Shown here one piece after another: positions 1 to 13,726 of a DNA stretch of 64,000 nucleotides. Below the pieces are notes generated by a model. It made no database searches and was not told the origin of the DNA. It saw only the letters and a program-made list of their open reading frames with translations. The translations under genes and the position numbers were made by a program. The stretch's first letter is position 1. Each line of letters begins with the position of its first letter. This DNA comes from Marsupella aquatica (Eukaryota > Plantae > Marchantiophyta), in NCBI GenBank assembly GCA_973895155.1, contig OZ316897.1, positions 3,115,416 to 3,179,415 on the forward strand, read 5' to 3'.

Positions 1-499
1 TTGTTTGAGCGCTCGAGACCCCTCCCTCAATACACAAACACATCTGGCCTCATACATGGCTGTTTGATTCAAGGGAATTCAAAAGTAATCTTGTCCGTCC
101 ATGTGGGATTGATCCATGGATCCCCATCAATCCCAGTTTCCCAACCAAGTTGGGCCCAAAGATCCTGGCCCAAAATTTACTCAACTCCCCACTTAACTCC
201 TAAACATGCGGGTAAACATGTCTACCTTAACCCATTTGTTCCACCATAAGGGGACCAACGAAACCAAACTTACCTTAAGACGATAATAATTAAATATATG
301 ATTTACTATATGGACACGTGTGCAAATGAAGTGATGACATGTGTGTCAACCATATAGTGACGCGTGTACTTGGCATTTTGGGTACCCTTGCATAAGATTT
401 ATGTGACATGTATTTGATTCTTGCCTTATTACTAATATTGTGGTGAATGTATATAGAGGGATGTTGCCTACTTTAAAAACTGTTATAAAAATTAGTTTG

Positions 500-568
500 C
501 ATTACATTAAAAATACCCTTGCGTTGTTCGCACGTCCTCCCTGTATTAGTAACACTAAGGGCCCAGGG
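500..568 (-). repeat. Probable DNA-transposon terminus (CCCTGGGCCCT...), truncating the copia fragment; related to 43123-43204
   Basis: The reverse complement of 500-568 aligns with ccctgggccctcagtcttaactaatacgtggaggacgtgcgaacgctcaaagggtagttttt at 43123. Copia homology starts exactly after it. Confidence 0.55.
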
Positions 569-1618
569 ACAAGGATGGTGTATGATCCTTGTGTATATAT
601 AAAATCAGTCAAGAATGATGTATTTGGTTTCATCATTTTGGTGATCTATGTGGATGACATGCTGATTGTAGGCAGTCTGATGTATGTGATGACTTGTACT
701 AGGCCTGACTTGGCCCTAGCGATGGGCAAGGTTAGCAGATTCATGTCAAATCCAGGAAAGGTACACTGGGAAGCTGTGAAATGGAGTTTAAGGTATGTGA
801 AGGGAACACAGGACTATGGATTACTATTTGATAACAGATCAGATAGAACGTTAGTTGGCTATGTAGATTCTGACTATGGAGGCTGTCTGGATACAAGGAG
901 GTCTACAACTGGGTTTGTATACACTCTTGGAGGAGGATGTATCAGTTGGAAATCTACCTTGCAGAAGTGCATATCTCAGTCTACTACAGAAGTAGAGTAT
1001 GTTGCAGCAACAGAAGTAGCAAAGGAAGCAATTTGGTTGGACAAGTTGATCGTGGAGATTGGTTTAGAACATGGCAAAATGACTCTAAACTGTGATAGTC
1101 AAAGTGCTCTTCACTTGGCTGCTAACTAGGTGATGGATAGCAGAGTGAAGCACATTGATATCAGGTACCATTTTATCAGGCAAGCAGTGTCTGATAAAAC
1201 TTTTGAGCTAGTCAAGATTGATGGAAAGCTCAATCCTGCTGATGCTTTTACCAAAGTGATTCCTTTGGAGAGTTTCTCAAGACACCGTGCTACATTGCAG
1301 GTTTTGTAGTTGTAGTGCAAGTACAGTTATTTAGCAATGTGTGACTATTTGTATATGGATTACTCATTCCTGTTTGGCTACGACTTAGTTCTAGTTAACC
1401 CTTAGTTTTAACCCTTGTGGTTTTTAGGGGGAGACCTGGTTTGGTGATTGTCTAGAACTTCCCGCTGAGGATTCCATATGGTAGCATTTAGTCCAGTCCC
1501 CAAGACAAGAGTCAAGGGGGAGTTTGTTAGATATTGCTCTAGTCTTGTTACTCATGAGCTAACCACAGTTAGTCTAACTCGGGTTATGACTTAGCTAATG
1601 TTAGTGGTAGTGCTGTCA
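569..1618 (+). mobile_element. Truncated 3' fragment of the same Ty1/copia family (RT end with internal deletion, RNase H, PPT, partial LTR from 1525)
   Basis: YVDDML, GYVDSDYGG and KHIDIRYHFIR motifs. Near-identical to 11312-12650. PPT aagggggagtt is followed by tgttagatattg; LTR similarity is lost after about 1618. Confidence 0.9.
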
Positions 1619-1795
1619 GGTGCGGCCTCTTGGTTAGCTAGGAAACGGTACGTTGCCCACACCACTCAGCCATAAAAGGACTGATTGTGTACCAAGTTGC
1701 CTGACGCTACATGATTGCTGATTTTCAAATAGAGATGCCACTGTTTGTAATAAAAGTTGATCGGGCGTCGATGATGCTTTTGCTCCAAGTTCTCG

Positions 1796-3825
1796 TTACC
1801 TGCTTGTCATCTCCACGCTACGTTGCTCGGATAGATCTGTCTTGGGCGTTGCTGCGCCAGATTTTGCGTAGCCATTGTCACTGTCAATGGGATGCGCATC
1901 ATGGCGCGACCCCGGGCGAGACCCAGGGCGCGACGCCAATTCAGACTTTTCAGTCGCCCCATCTCCCCACAGAGCATAAGCTTCCTCTCCATGGACGGCA
2001 TCGTCTCCAACTTCTAGGGCGCCCTCCGACATTCGCAGGGGAACGACAAGCCGAACCACGAAGCAGATGAGGGTCGTACTTACAATGTTCCAGACTATCA
2101 CGAACGCCATTCCGGCGATCTGCCAGCCGAGCTGTTTGAGACCTTGAACATGACCGTGATGGTGATTGAAGCCGTAAAAGAGGCCACGTTGATGCTGAAT
2201 TCCACTGAACAAGTTGCACAATACGGGCTCGGCGAAGAGGCCGACACAAATGCCCCCTAGCGCTCCGGCCACAGCGTGCGTATGAAACACAGCCATCGTG
2301 TCGTCAACGTTCCGGAGAAAACCTAAGTCCCTGTGAAGCACGTTCATGGTGTACCATGGGATGATGCCTGACAGAAATCCCATGACTAGCGCTGCCCATC
2401 CTTCCACAAGTCCTGCAGACATCGATCAATCATGCAATCCTAAGTCAAAACGTCACTACAGGGATTCAATTCTTGAAATTGGTTGTAATTCCGATCAAAG
2501 TGAGTGAACAATTAATGACATTCACCCGCGCTCTGCTTCCAAACTTTAGTACAAACATGCACAAAATACATGATATATGTATACATACACATCATGAAAA
2601 CTGTCCAGAACAATTAAGTACCTGCTGCTGGGGTGATGCAAACAAGGCCGGTGATCATTCCTTGAACAGCTCCAATCACTGAAGGTTTCCCGAACACTAC
2701 AACGTCGAGGGCTAACCACGTCAACAAGCTACTCGCAGCGCAAATGTGCGTGTTTATGACGGCCATCGAGGCATCTATGTTGGCAGACAAAGGATCTCCT
2801 CCATTGAATCCAGTCCACCCCAGCCACAGCAAACCAGCCCCAGCGAGCATGAGCAATAAGTTGTTCGGTGGAAATTGCTCTCGATCTCTTTTCAACCTCG
2901 GCCCAACCTATACGTGTGCAACAATACCCTGAAATCCTTAGTCCGAATTCGTTTTTGAAGAATGGATTCCTTGCTACAAGCGTCAGATTACATGATTTTA
3001 CTAACGAAGTTATATAATTGACACTCTAACTAACACTTTAATTATGTATTAAAATCCTCTTGAAACATAATCGAAACGTTTCAGTTAAATGCGCTATATA
3101 CGCAGGCCAGGAGTTGTTGGCAGAGAGAAGTGTGGTACCCAGTAAGCCGCAACGAAGCCTGCTATGCCTGACGAAAGGTGGATGATGTATCCGCCAGAGT
3201 AATCGAGGACGCCATATTGAACCAAGAAGCCTCCACCCCAGACGCTAAAACAAACCGGCGTGTATGAGAAAACAACCCATAGAGGCGCGAAGAGAAACCA
3301 GGCCCAGATGTTCATTCTGCCCAGTACAGCTCCTGCTAGTATGATGATAGTTATGGCAGCAAACACGAACTCAAAGTACACCAAAGTCGCCATCGGGAAA
3401 AGCTCAGAGGCTGTAAAATTATTGTAGGGAACTCCCATGAGTTCTCCACTCGGAATATCTGCAGTCGGGATTCTCGCTTGCAGCAAAAGAAAATTATGGC
3501 TCAATGCGACATTTGCCTTTCCCCAGAATGGTAGCAATTTGTCGCCAAATGCCATTCTGTATCCACACAGGACCCAGACCACGAGCCCCGATGCAAAACC
3601 ATACAGAGCCATGAAAGCAGAATTGACTGCCCATTTCTTCTTCACGTAGCTCCCATATAAGATGACCAGCCCTGGCACACTTTGCATGCCCACAAGGGTT
3701 GCAGAAGTCAATTGCCACGCATTGTCGCCCTTGTTCAGCCAGCTTGGTAAAACTGTTGAATAGGCTGGAGCACTAGATACAGAATTCCCGTATGCAGAGA
3801 GCTCCAAACCGGAAGTCGTACCCAT
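1796..3825 (-). CDS. AMT2: Ammonium transporter, plant AMT2/MEP subfamily; 3 exons (3825-3139, 2907-2622, 2412-1796), about 529 aa, intact
   Basis: Motifs [53 protein letters not shown] and [10 protein letters not shown] (twin His). GT-AG introns at AAYW|VGPR and TPAA|GLV join the three ORFs in frame (1590 nt). Start ATG at 3825 is assumed. Confidence 0.95.
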
Positions 3826-5308
3826 GGCTTTGCTCTGTGCTACCTCCAACTGGCCGACCTCCCAGCTTAAAGATCTGTCAGCAGTACATCACGTTACGGC
3901 TTTGGTAAGGTAAGCCGTCACTTGGGGACTGACAACATTTTCTGGTCGATCATCTTAAGAAGTTGGTTTTCCTACTCGAAAGTTGAAACAGATCGGAGGA
4001 CCGTCCTCTCAATCAGTGCACTCTTCTCAATTAATAGCTAAATTCGCTGAAAGCGTCCAATATCAGTTCTCTCTGGTGAATCTGTGTTTTGGGCTCCACT
4101 CTCCTCAGTGTGGCCTGGCCAGAACAGCATGCCGCTGGAAAGTATCCCCAGTCTCGGTGGAAGGGCGTTTAAAAATTTGGAAATGATCCATTTATCCAAG
4201 CAAGTGTCCAAACAGAATCTCTCCAAGACTGTGCCGTCCGAGGATGTAAATCCCGAGGCAACGTCATTTTCATTCTACAAAGTCATAGAACTTGTGGACA
4301 GTCTTGAAACGGCTTGGTGACAGTCGACAACTCTCCAGCCTCCAGGGTCTCAAATGATTCGATGGTCCGGACTATCTGAAAACTTATTTATGCAGCTAGC
4401 TAGCTAGACAGGATCGCTGTGGCCATGCAAAGAAAAGATTCATTAAAGGAAATGACCCATTGATTGATAGTTAGTCGGCAAGTATGCCATCCCTGCACCG
4501 GTTCCTGCCGGCGAATTTTTCAACTCAGGCGGTCGCCACCACGTTTGAGGCGAGCCCCGTCTGATGTTAAGATTCCATGCGCGGCGGCTGAATCCCTGAC
4601 CAGCAAGGTCCATGAGATACTTTCAGATTCAGGCTTAGAAATTGTCTCTCACGCATCGTTCCTTGGCACACTTTAGGCGTTACAAGTACGTTTGACACGG
4701 ATTCATTCACTTAGTTTAATGCATAAAATATGTGGACCTTTCTTGGACCAAAGCTAGTGGTTTCTTCAGTGGACAGTCGATTGAACCGGTCTCATTATTT
4801 TACTGTAGGGAATAGTTACAGTAATGTGAATAAGACACGCAGGTTAAAGACATCCCAATTTAACATAGAAACCTAGGGAATTGTGATTCCTCAATTTACA
4901 TTGAAGTTCAGGTGAATGACTGTGCGCTGAACTCGCTGAAGTGAGAGGCTTTTTTACTTTCCTTTTGAGTCAGATTAGTATTTGATGGCATGTCCTTTCA
5001 ATGCATATTCAGATGTGAACTTTTCAGATAACTAGGAAATACCAGGAGGACTCTACATAAGACTGGAGAACCTCCCTAAGCCTGCTGTAATTTTTATGAA
5101 AAGGTTCTCAAGAAAGATAGTTAAATGCTAAAATGCTAGCTAGCTTGGTTGTAGACCATGTATTCACAAAAATTCAGTATAATCTGGTCTAGATAATATA
5201 TTAACTTTCACATAGAAAAAAATTCAGTTTACTTTTTATATATCTTTGGATTCGTCAGTGAAGAGGTACAAGAGTCAGTTTACTCCATACATGGGTCTAG
5301 CTTCATTC

Positions 5309-5587
5309 CCGGGGTCCTCATTTCTTTTCTCCCGACCCATCACGCATGAATAACTAAGTATAGGGTTTTTTTTTGTTTAGTGAAATACTTTAAAAAATTT
5401 GTTGAAGAACATTGGGATTATTTTAATCCAATTATAAGAATTATAAGAATCATAGGGTTTTTTAAATCAAATTAAGTTAGGGGCAAAACAATTCCTAAAA
5501 AAAACTTTATTGACTTAAATTTTACGTAATTTATTCCCCCAAAATTCCGCGCCTGATATGGGACACCCCTTGGATTGAGGTCCCAGT
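5309..5587. mobile_element. Degraded MITE, related to the 37678/49263 family
   Basis: Imperfect TIR ccggggtcctca / tgaggtcccagt; flanks cttcattc / cttcactc (8 bp, 1 mismatch); shared internal tagggt-T-rich repeats. Confidence 0.5.
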
Positions 5588-6494
5588 CTTCACTCTAGAT
5601 ATGACTTAGACTTTAACTTTCACCTTTACTTTGCACTTATATGATTGCACTTATATGATTGGAATAGTCTGCTAACGGAATTTTTGGTGAGCATATCTAG
5701 ACAACAATTGCAACGCGAAGGAGGATATGCATGGTTTGGATGCAGGGTATTTCCCAACATTCTCCCGGTAATTCATTGTTTGATAACAAAGAAGTAGGTA
5801 TTCCGGCCATCTTGGGGTAATGCACCCAAATTACCTGCTGAAGCCCACAGGTACCAGGGTATATCACACTCTGAGTATTTTGACCTCTCCCCTACGTGTC
5901 GCCGGGGAATTTAGCTACGTACAACCACCCACTTGTGAAGGGGTATTGTTGGGCTATTCTGACGGATGGCTCCAATTGCAAGCATGCAGGTGTAGGCTGT
6001 GGCGTCCGTGGAACACAGTGATGGACCAAACGAGAAGTATGACCACCAAACGAGAAGTGTGTTTTTGATTTCGCAAAAAATGGCGAAAAATCACTAAAAT
6101 TAAGATCAAAAACGCTATTTTGAGGATGAATCCAAAATTGCATCCAACTGTTAGATATTGCTCTAGTCTTGTGACTCATGAGCTAACCACAGTTAGTCTA
6201 ACTCTGGTTAGGACTTCGCTAATGTTAGCGGTAGTGCTGATGTGCATATAGCCAGGGCTGATGCTAGACCCTGGTGGAACTTAGGCTCATTGTTACGGAG
6301 CTGGTTGAGAGATAGGGAGAGCTTGTGTTGTGGATGCTTGGTATGGCCGGTCGGCCTAGAGTGCAGTAAAGCTCTTGTGTGTTCCAGTGGACGTAGCCTC
6401 ATGTAGAGGTGAACCACGTATCTCTCTGTGTCGACTCTTGTGCGTTGGATGGTTCATGGGCTTGCCGTTGCGAATGTCGTCTATGCTCAACAAG

Positions 6495-6506
6495 TGGTAT
6501 CAGAGC
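6495..6506 (+). promoter_or_regulatory. Primer-binding site (initiator tRNA-Met)
   Basis: TGGTATCAGAGC 2 nt after the 5' LTR. Confidence 0.9.
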
Positions 6507-8156
6507 ATGCCTGGGAGGTGACAAGGTTTTTTTGTGACGGGTTTTTCCAGCGTTCATTGTTGATGGTATATTTGGAGTTTCATCGCATGAAACTCGAATG
6601 TGTGTGGCTGTGCGGATAGGTTAGTGAGAGGGCATTCTAACGGTGGTTAGAACTCACTGATTGGTATCCGTGGTGCAGAGGAATTGAAGTTTGCGTTGTT
6701 CAGGTTTTAGTCGTGTTCGACGGCTTTTCGGGGGAGGGACCAGAGATCGCGTTTTTCAACGGTGTGAGCTGTGCGGTGCGGGAGGGATCGCACATTATAG
6801 CTCAAGTTGAAGGTTGAAGCGAGCTGGTCGTTTCGGTAGCTAGATTGTTGTTGAGTTGTTACCGAGTGCGACGTGACGAGTGAAGGAGGCATTCAGGTTT
6901 TTTCACAAGCTATGGAGTTTGTTCTCATCTGAACCGGGTTTCTCTTCGTGACGTCCGCCTCGGTGGAAGAAACGCGAAGTGCTACGGCTCAACGGTTTGA
7001 TCGCGGCGAGGCGGTCGTTTTGAGTCCGGGATTGGTACTTGACGCGGAGTGAAGGCGTCGCGGCATAAGTTTTTACAGTGCTGGAGTTGCAGACGGCACC
7101 GATGTGATTCGGCAACATATCCCGTCAGTAACTCATTGTTTTCTCACTGGAAACGGCGGCGAGGTGTGTAACCCGGGGTTTGTTTTTGCTTTGGGTGCCA
7201 AATTTGTTTTTTAGGTCTTATAGGGGTTTAACCCCTTGTGTGTGCTTATACACACATTTGTGTGTGTATTGTGTGTATAAACACACGTTTTTCCCCCTCC
7301 CGGCTCCCCTCTACTCCCTCCTGCATACGTACGCGCGCGGCCGTGCACCCCTGCGCAGCGCCGGCCGGCGCATTTTCTGCCGCCCGGCTACTTCCTGACG
7401 GCCCCCTGCCTCGCCCCCCCTGCAACCCTCGCGCCTCCCGTCGGCCTCCCCCGGCCCGGCCCTCCACGCTTGCCCGACGCCCCTCCCGCTGCTTTGGTAT
7501 CCTGACTGCCTGCCTCGCGAGTCACGGCAGCGACTCATTTTTCACCCCGGCCCGGCCCTGCAACTATATGCGGTTGCGTACACAGCCGCTTGTAATCCAT
7601 CCGTGTACCCGCGCCTGGCCCATCTCGCGTATTTTCATTTAGGGGCCTTTAAGCCCCCTTTAAGGCCAATTTCTGGTCTTTTTCTTGCCGGCTCTTCTAT
7701 TGGCTGTCCCGGGACCGGTGACCCTCTGTTTTAACCGTTTCGACAAGGGGAACGGCCCCCTGTGAGACCTGCTGTATTGTGCGGAATATTCCCAAAAAAC
7801 AGAGAGCTGTTTTTTGGCCGTCCGACAAAGATTCCATCCGCCGAACGGTAACTTTTTTGGTTCTTTTTGGGCGAGGACGTTGCCATTGGAGTTAGCAATG
7901 CGGCGCACCGATCACATCGCAATTCCGACGACGGGTTGTACTTGGGATTTCGGTTATTCTCCAAGGTGGTCAAAACGGGGGAGATTCCCAAGGTTTTACC
8001 CACCCCGACCGAAATTTGAATAACTTTCCCGTCAAATTTTGATTTTGATTTCGGCTTTCAGTATTGGACTCCTAGCTTCGTGGGCTACGCGGCGGTGTTG
8101 AGTTTTGAGTTTTATGAGAAGTTTTGAAAAAAGATGTTTTTTCATGATTGTTTCAT

Positions 8157-11100
8157 ATGAGTGACTCGGAGGATACTGGAAGAATTGGCGTCGGTGGAGC
8201 TTCAGGATCGCGACGGTCAGACGGAGAGTCTGAGGAGGAGCTGCTACTATTTGAGGAAGAACTAGTGACACCGGTACGATCACAGGTGCGGCATGCAGTA
8301 GAGGAAGCTGTGTTACTACCAGAGCTATCGGTGGTTGGAAAGAAGAGGGAGATGGCTAGATTTGGAGCCTAGGTAAAGTTTGAGGTGAAGAAGTACGATG
8401 GTCGTACTGATTACTTCCTCTGGGAGAAGCAAGTGAAGGGTGTTCTACGGGCCATGGGCTTAGCTCATCTACTTTCATCGCGAGAGTAGTATGATGGAGA
8501 GGAGGAGATTTATGTGAGACAATGGAGACAGGAGCAGGTGATTGCTGTCAATGCAATGATGCTATATCTCAAGCCACACATCATCAAGCAGCTCGATGAT
8601 TATGCGGATTGTGCGTCACTGTCCCTACTGCCTCTGCTAACGCAGCATCGAGCTCGCATGAGGTAGATTTACTCGATGACGATGACATATTGTGATGTCA
8701 AGGTTATGCTCTCAACGTAGTGTCAAATCCAGATAGTGATGATTGGATTCTAGATAGTGCATGTACTTTTCATATTTGCTCTAGAAGAGATTGTTTCAGT
8801 TCTTATACGGTTTCCAACGGGTCAGTGTTGATGGGAAGTGGAATCCCATGTCAAGTTGTTGGACTTGGATCTGTAAGATTTCAGATGTTTGATGGTGCTG
8901 TGAGAACATTGAGGAATGTGAGACATATTCCCAGCATGATGAAAAATCTCATTTCACTTGGAGTTTTAGAGGCAAATGGCCATCAATGGAGTTTTGCTAA
9001 TGGTGTCCTTCAGGTTTCAACTGGTACTAGAGTTGTCTTGAAGGGAAAGAGACATTGCAATCTATACGTTTTGGAGGGCAGTGTAGTCTGTGATCAAGCC
9101 AATGTAACCTTATCTCATGAGGAGACGGCCCGGCTGTGAGTGAAAAAGGTTAGGTTATTCTTCATTTGCAATCTTGTAAGTTGGAATTTTGTGAGCACTG
9201 TGTGCCCCGGGTATGCAACTCCCCTTTTTATAAGGCAAGTTTTTAATTCCTTATAATGGCCTTATATCCAATTGACCATCTTAGATTTCATTTTAGTCTA
9301 CTAAAGTCTTGTACCTCTGAACTCAAGGAATCCAAAAATGTAACTTAAAAAAAAAACCAAACATGTTTTGATGTACAAAAAGTTGATCAAAACCAAATTA
9401 TATGGGTTTTTTTTAATACAGGGGTCTACAACCAAACTATCCAGCTTTTTAGGATTTTATTAAAATTTTAAAAATCTTTTAATAAAAATTACAACATGTA
9501 TAGGAATATTTTTTAATTTCATATGGAAAATGAAGGAAACCAAACCTTTTATATGACTTGAAAATTTTTAAAAGTGGGAAACCCAGGTTTTTTCAAATTT
9601 TAATTATTTTGTATAGCCAACTTTTTAGTCCATATAAAAATGTATACCCCTATCTATTATATAAGAGTTGCGTACCCGGGCTGTGTGCTAGGGAAGCAGC
9701 ACAGGAAACCCTTCGGAGTTGGAACTCACACCAACAAGGAGGTACTTGAGTATGTACATAGTGATGTGTGGGGTCCAGCCCCTACTCCCTCACATTCTGG
9801 ACGGTTATACTATGTCACGTTCATAGACGATTACTCAAGGTATGTGTGGATATACTTTCCACACCATAAGTCTGATGTTTTTGTCACTTTTAAGGAGTGG
9901 AAAGCCCAATTTGAGAATCAGACTGGTAAAAAGGTGAGATATCTTCGATCGGATAACGGCGGTGAATACAGTTCCAGGGAATTTGGAACGTATTGTAAGG
10001 AGCAGGGGATTACCCGCCATCTCACAACAAGTTATACTCCTCAGCAGAATGGTGTTTCTGAGAGTCTCAACCGAACACTATTGGACCGCTCGAGGAGTAT
10101 GTTGAGTCAATCATGCTTACCACATGAGTTTTGGGCTGAAGCTGTCAACACTGCAGCTTATTTGGTAAATTTTTCTCCATCCAGTTCTATTGGATTCAAG
10201 ATGCCATTTGAAATGAGGTACAGGCGTCCAGCAGATTACTCACATCTGAGGATTTTTGGATGTGTTGCTTATGTGCTTACACCTTCCCAGCTTCGATCCA
10301 AGCTGGAGTCCAAGTCGAAGAAGTGTATTTTCCTTGCCTATCAGAAAGGTGTGAAGGGTTATAGGTTATGGGATCCAGTAACCTGTAAACTAATTGTCAG
10401 TAGAGATGTGTCCTTTAATGAATCCAGATCATCAAAGGAGGGGGAGAGTTCTCAAGACTCCCATACTGACAAGGGGAAATCTCCCATCCCGGACCGGGTT
10501 GAGGGGGAGATTAGTCATGATGCAATTCATGACAGGAGAGATGGAGAAGCTCCAGGCTTGGAGCTGGTTCCTGTGATGGAACAAGAGGAGAAAATTGTTA
10601 CTAGGGTACCTCAACTTCAACCAGCAGCAGCAACAGATCAGCCTGAGTCATCTACTAGTAAGAAGAACTTCTAGTCGTTCTACTAGAGCTCCTATCAGGT
10701 ATGGTCAATGGGCAGACTCATCTAAGCTAGATGATATTGACATTGCACCTGATGAAGATGATATGGCTTTGATCTTGGATGAAGGAGAGCCTTCTTCGTA
10801 TAGTGAGGCTTGTGCTTCAGAGCACAAGCATGAGTGGAATGCAGCAATGCAGAGGGAGTTGCAATCTTTGAGTGACAACAAGACATGGGAGCTGGTGGAG
10901 CTTCCAAGAGGTCAGCAAGTGGTGGATAGCAAGTGGATTTACAAGTTGAAGGATAGTCCTTCAGAGGGTGGAGACAAGATCTACAAGGCAAGGCTTGTTG
11001 CCAAGGGATTCACTCAGGAGAAAGGAGTGGATTACAATAAGGTCTTTTCATCGGTGGCTAAGTATTCCACAATTCGGATCTTGTGTCAGCTTGTTGTATT

Positions 11101-12350
11101 TTTTGGTCTGGTGATGGATCAGATGGATGTTGTTACTGCTTTTCTCTATGGCAACTTGGAAGAGATGATCTTCATGAGACAGCCACTAGGCTTTATGAAG
11201 AAGGGCCAAGAGAACTTAGTTTGCAGATTGCTCAAGTCCTTGTATGGATTGAAGTAGTCTCCAAGACAGTGGAACAAGCGGTTTGATGATTTCATGTTTG
11301 CTCAAGGTTTTACAAGGATGGTGTACGATCCTTGTGTGTATACAAAATCAGTCAAGAATGATGTATTTGGTTTCGTCATTCTGGTAATCTATGTGGATGA
11401 CATGCTGATTGTGGCTAAAGATCAATCTGAGGTTGACAGTCTCAAGGCGAAATTGAGTGTTGAATTCAGGATGAAGGATCTTGGTAAGGCCAAGAGGATC
11501 TTAGGGATGGAGATTTTTAGGAACTCTGAGACTGGACAGTTGTGCTTGAGTCAAGGCCAATATGCGAGGAAAGTACTTGCACGATTCAACATGGAGAACT
11601 GTAAGCCAGTGAGTATTCCTTTAGCTTCACATTTCAAGTTATCATCTGCTTTCTCTCCTACGGATGCTGTGGAGAAAGGTCTGATGGCTAAGATTCCTTA
11701 TGAGAAGGCAGTAGGCAGTCTGATTTATTTGATGACTTGTACTAGGCCTGACTTGGCCCTAGCGATGGGCAAGGTCAGCAGATTCATATCAAATCCAGGG
11801 AAGGTACATTGGGAAGCTGTGAAATGGATTCTCAGGTATGTGAAGGGAACACAGGACTATGGATTACTATTTGATAACAGATCAGATAGAACGTTAGTTG
11901 GCTATGTAGATTCTGACTATGGAGGCTGTTTGGATACAAGGAGGTCTACAACTGGGTTTGTATACACTCTTGGAGGAGGATGTATCAGTTGGAAATCTAC
12001 CTTGCAGAAGTGTATATCTCAATCTACTACGGAAGTAGAGTATGTTGCAGCAACAGAAGCAGCAAAGGAAGCAATTTGGTTGGATAAGTTGATCGCAGAG
12101 ATAGCATGGAAAAATGACTCTAAACTGTGATAGTCAAAGTGCTCTTCACTTGGCTGCTAACCAGGTGATGGATAGCAAGGTGAAGCACATTGATATCAGG
12201 TACCATTTTATCAGGCAAGCAATGTCTGATAAAACTTTTGAGCTAGTCAAGATTGATGGAAAGCTTAATCCCGCTGATGCTTTTACCAAAGTGATTCCTT
12301 TGGAGAGTTTCTCAAGACATCGTGCTACTTTGCAGGTTTTGCAGTTGTAG
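8157..12350 (+). pseudogene. copia gag-pol pseudogene
   Basis: Gag N-terminus KFEVKKYDGRTDYFLW; protease WILDSACTFHIC; integrase HSDVWGP / FIDDYSR / RSDNGGEY / TPQQNGVSE; RT YKARLVAKG / YVDDML; RNase H. Contains stops, frameshifts, a gag deletion and a MITE insertion. Confidence 0.95.
9206..9680. mobile_element. 475-bp MITE inserted in the copia integrase zinc finger
   Basis: TIR CCCGGGTA(T/C)GCAACTC; 8-bp TSD CTGTGTGC at 9198-9205 and 9681-9688; AT-rich interior. Confidence 0.93.
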
Positions 12351-13543
12351 TGCAAGTAGAGTTATTTAGCAATGTGTGACTATTTGTATATGGATTACTC
12401 ATTCCTGTTAGGCTACGACTTAGTTCTAGTTAACCCTTAGTTAACCCTTGTGGTTTTTAGGGGGAGACCTGGTTTGGTAATTGTCTAGAACTTCCCGTTG
12501 AGGAATCCATATGGTAGCATTTAGTCCAGTCCCCAAGACAAGAGTCAAGGGGGAGTTTGTTAGATATTGCTCTAGTCTTGTGACTCATGAGCTAACCACA
12601 GTTAGTCTAACTCTGGTTAGGACTTCACTAATGTTAGCGGTAGTGCTGGTGTGCATATAGCCAGGGCTGATGCTAGACCCTGGTGGAACTTAGGCTCATT
12701 GTTACGGAGCTAGTTGAGAGATAGGGAGAGCTTGTGTTGTGGATGCTTGGTATGGCCGGTCGGCCTAGAGTGCAGTAAAGCTCTTGTGTGTTCCCGTGGA
12801 CGTAGCCTCATGTAGAGGTGAACCACGTATCTCTCTGTGTCGACTCTTGTCCGTTGGATGGTTCATGGGCGCGCCGTTGCAAATGTCGTCTATGCTCAAC
12901 ACCAACATCGGATTTCAAATCGAGATACTGTCGACACAAAAACAAAGAATTGTCACAATCCAGAATTCCGATACACTTCATCTAAAAAAAGTGCAAATTC
13001 CAAAACCTAGAAAAACAATGCTTTTCACGTGATCCTTCTAAAAGCTAAATCTGAGCGTCAAACAAAATGAGTAAAACACAAGATTTCATTTTCGCCATCA
13101 AAATGGCAAACTGAAAATGGGATACGGCGTATCCCATTTCGGATTCAACCGTTGAATGTGGACGAAAACCGCACCAAATCATTCTCTTTACGCTTCCATT
13201 TAACCTTAGGTTAAAAATATTTGAATTTTAACTGCGGTAAAACCAAAAACTGCGAAAAACTGACCGCGGACTATAGTCGACCCACACAGTTAGTTCAGTT
13301 AACCCGACAACATGTCCAGAAATTTTTTAGCCCATAACGCATGATGAATACGAGATGGGATCCCATCTGGTATTCAACCTCTACATTTTGAAGTTTTTGC
13401 ATTGCATACCTTGATATTCCAGTTTGAAGACCAACTGGGATCCATGGCAACTTCCTAAAAAATCTACAATTTAAATTTCAGCATTATTTGAAAAGACAGA
13501 CTCTCACGTGAAAAAACCCTCGTATGGACCAATCAGGGAATGC

Positions 13544-13573
13544 CACGTGTCCCATGCCCCCAAAAACTATAAA
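13544..13573 (+). promoter_or_regulatory. Putative transposase promoter of element A (G-box + TATA)
   Basis: CACGTG about 18 bp before TATAAAAGG; the same arrangement occurs in element B at 49220-49255. Confidence 0.55.
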
Positions 13574-13726
13574 AGGAAGAGCTCGCATCTGTTTTTCATC
13601 TTCATTTCTCGCGATTACTTTGAGGTTCGTTCAGTATTTAGTAGTTTTTTTCATAGAATACTGTAATCTGAATTATCTCTGTTGGATAGGAATACGTACT
13701 CCTATACAACCCTTGTTTGATTCTCT

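Larger units (their letters stand above)
6149..12901 (+). mobile_element. Full-length Ty1/copia LTR retrotransposon nested in element A
   Basis: 344-bp TG...CA LTRs (6149-6492, 12558-12901; 8 substitutions by my count), TSD CCAAC, PBS TGGTATCAGAGC, PPT, domain order gag-PR-IN-RT-RH. Confidence 0.97.

Noticed and set aside
6014-6020. CACAGTG (V(D)J RSS heptamer / Transib-like end) in element A's TIR
   Set aside because: The TSD places the true end 2 bp outside (AACAC), B has CACGATT at this position, there is no nonamer at 12/23 spacing, and the transposase is not RAG/Transib-like.
7180-8023. GC-rich ORFs in the copia 5' region
   Set aside because: Low-complexity overlapping ORFs in the long untranslated leader between PBS and gag; no domain recognised.
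9640-9690. N-terminus MYTPIYYIRVAYPG of the 344-aa integrase ORF
   Set aside because: It is read from the inserted MITE and is not part of the retroelement protein.
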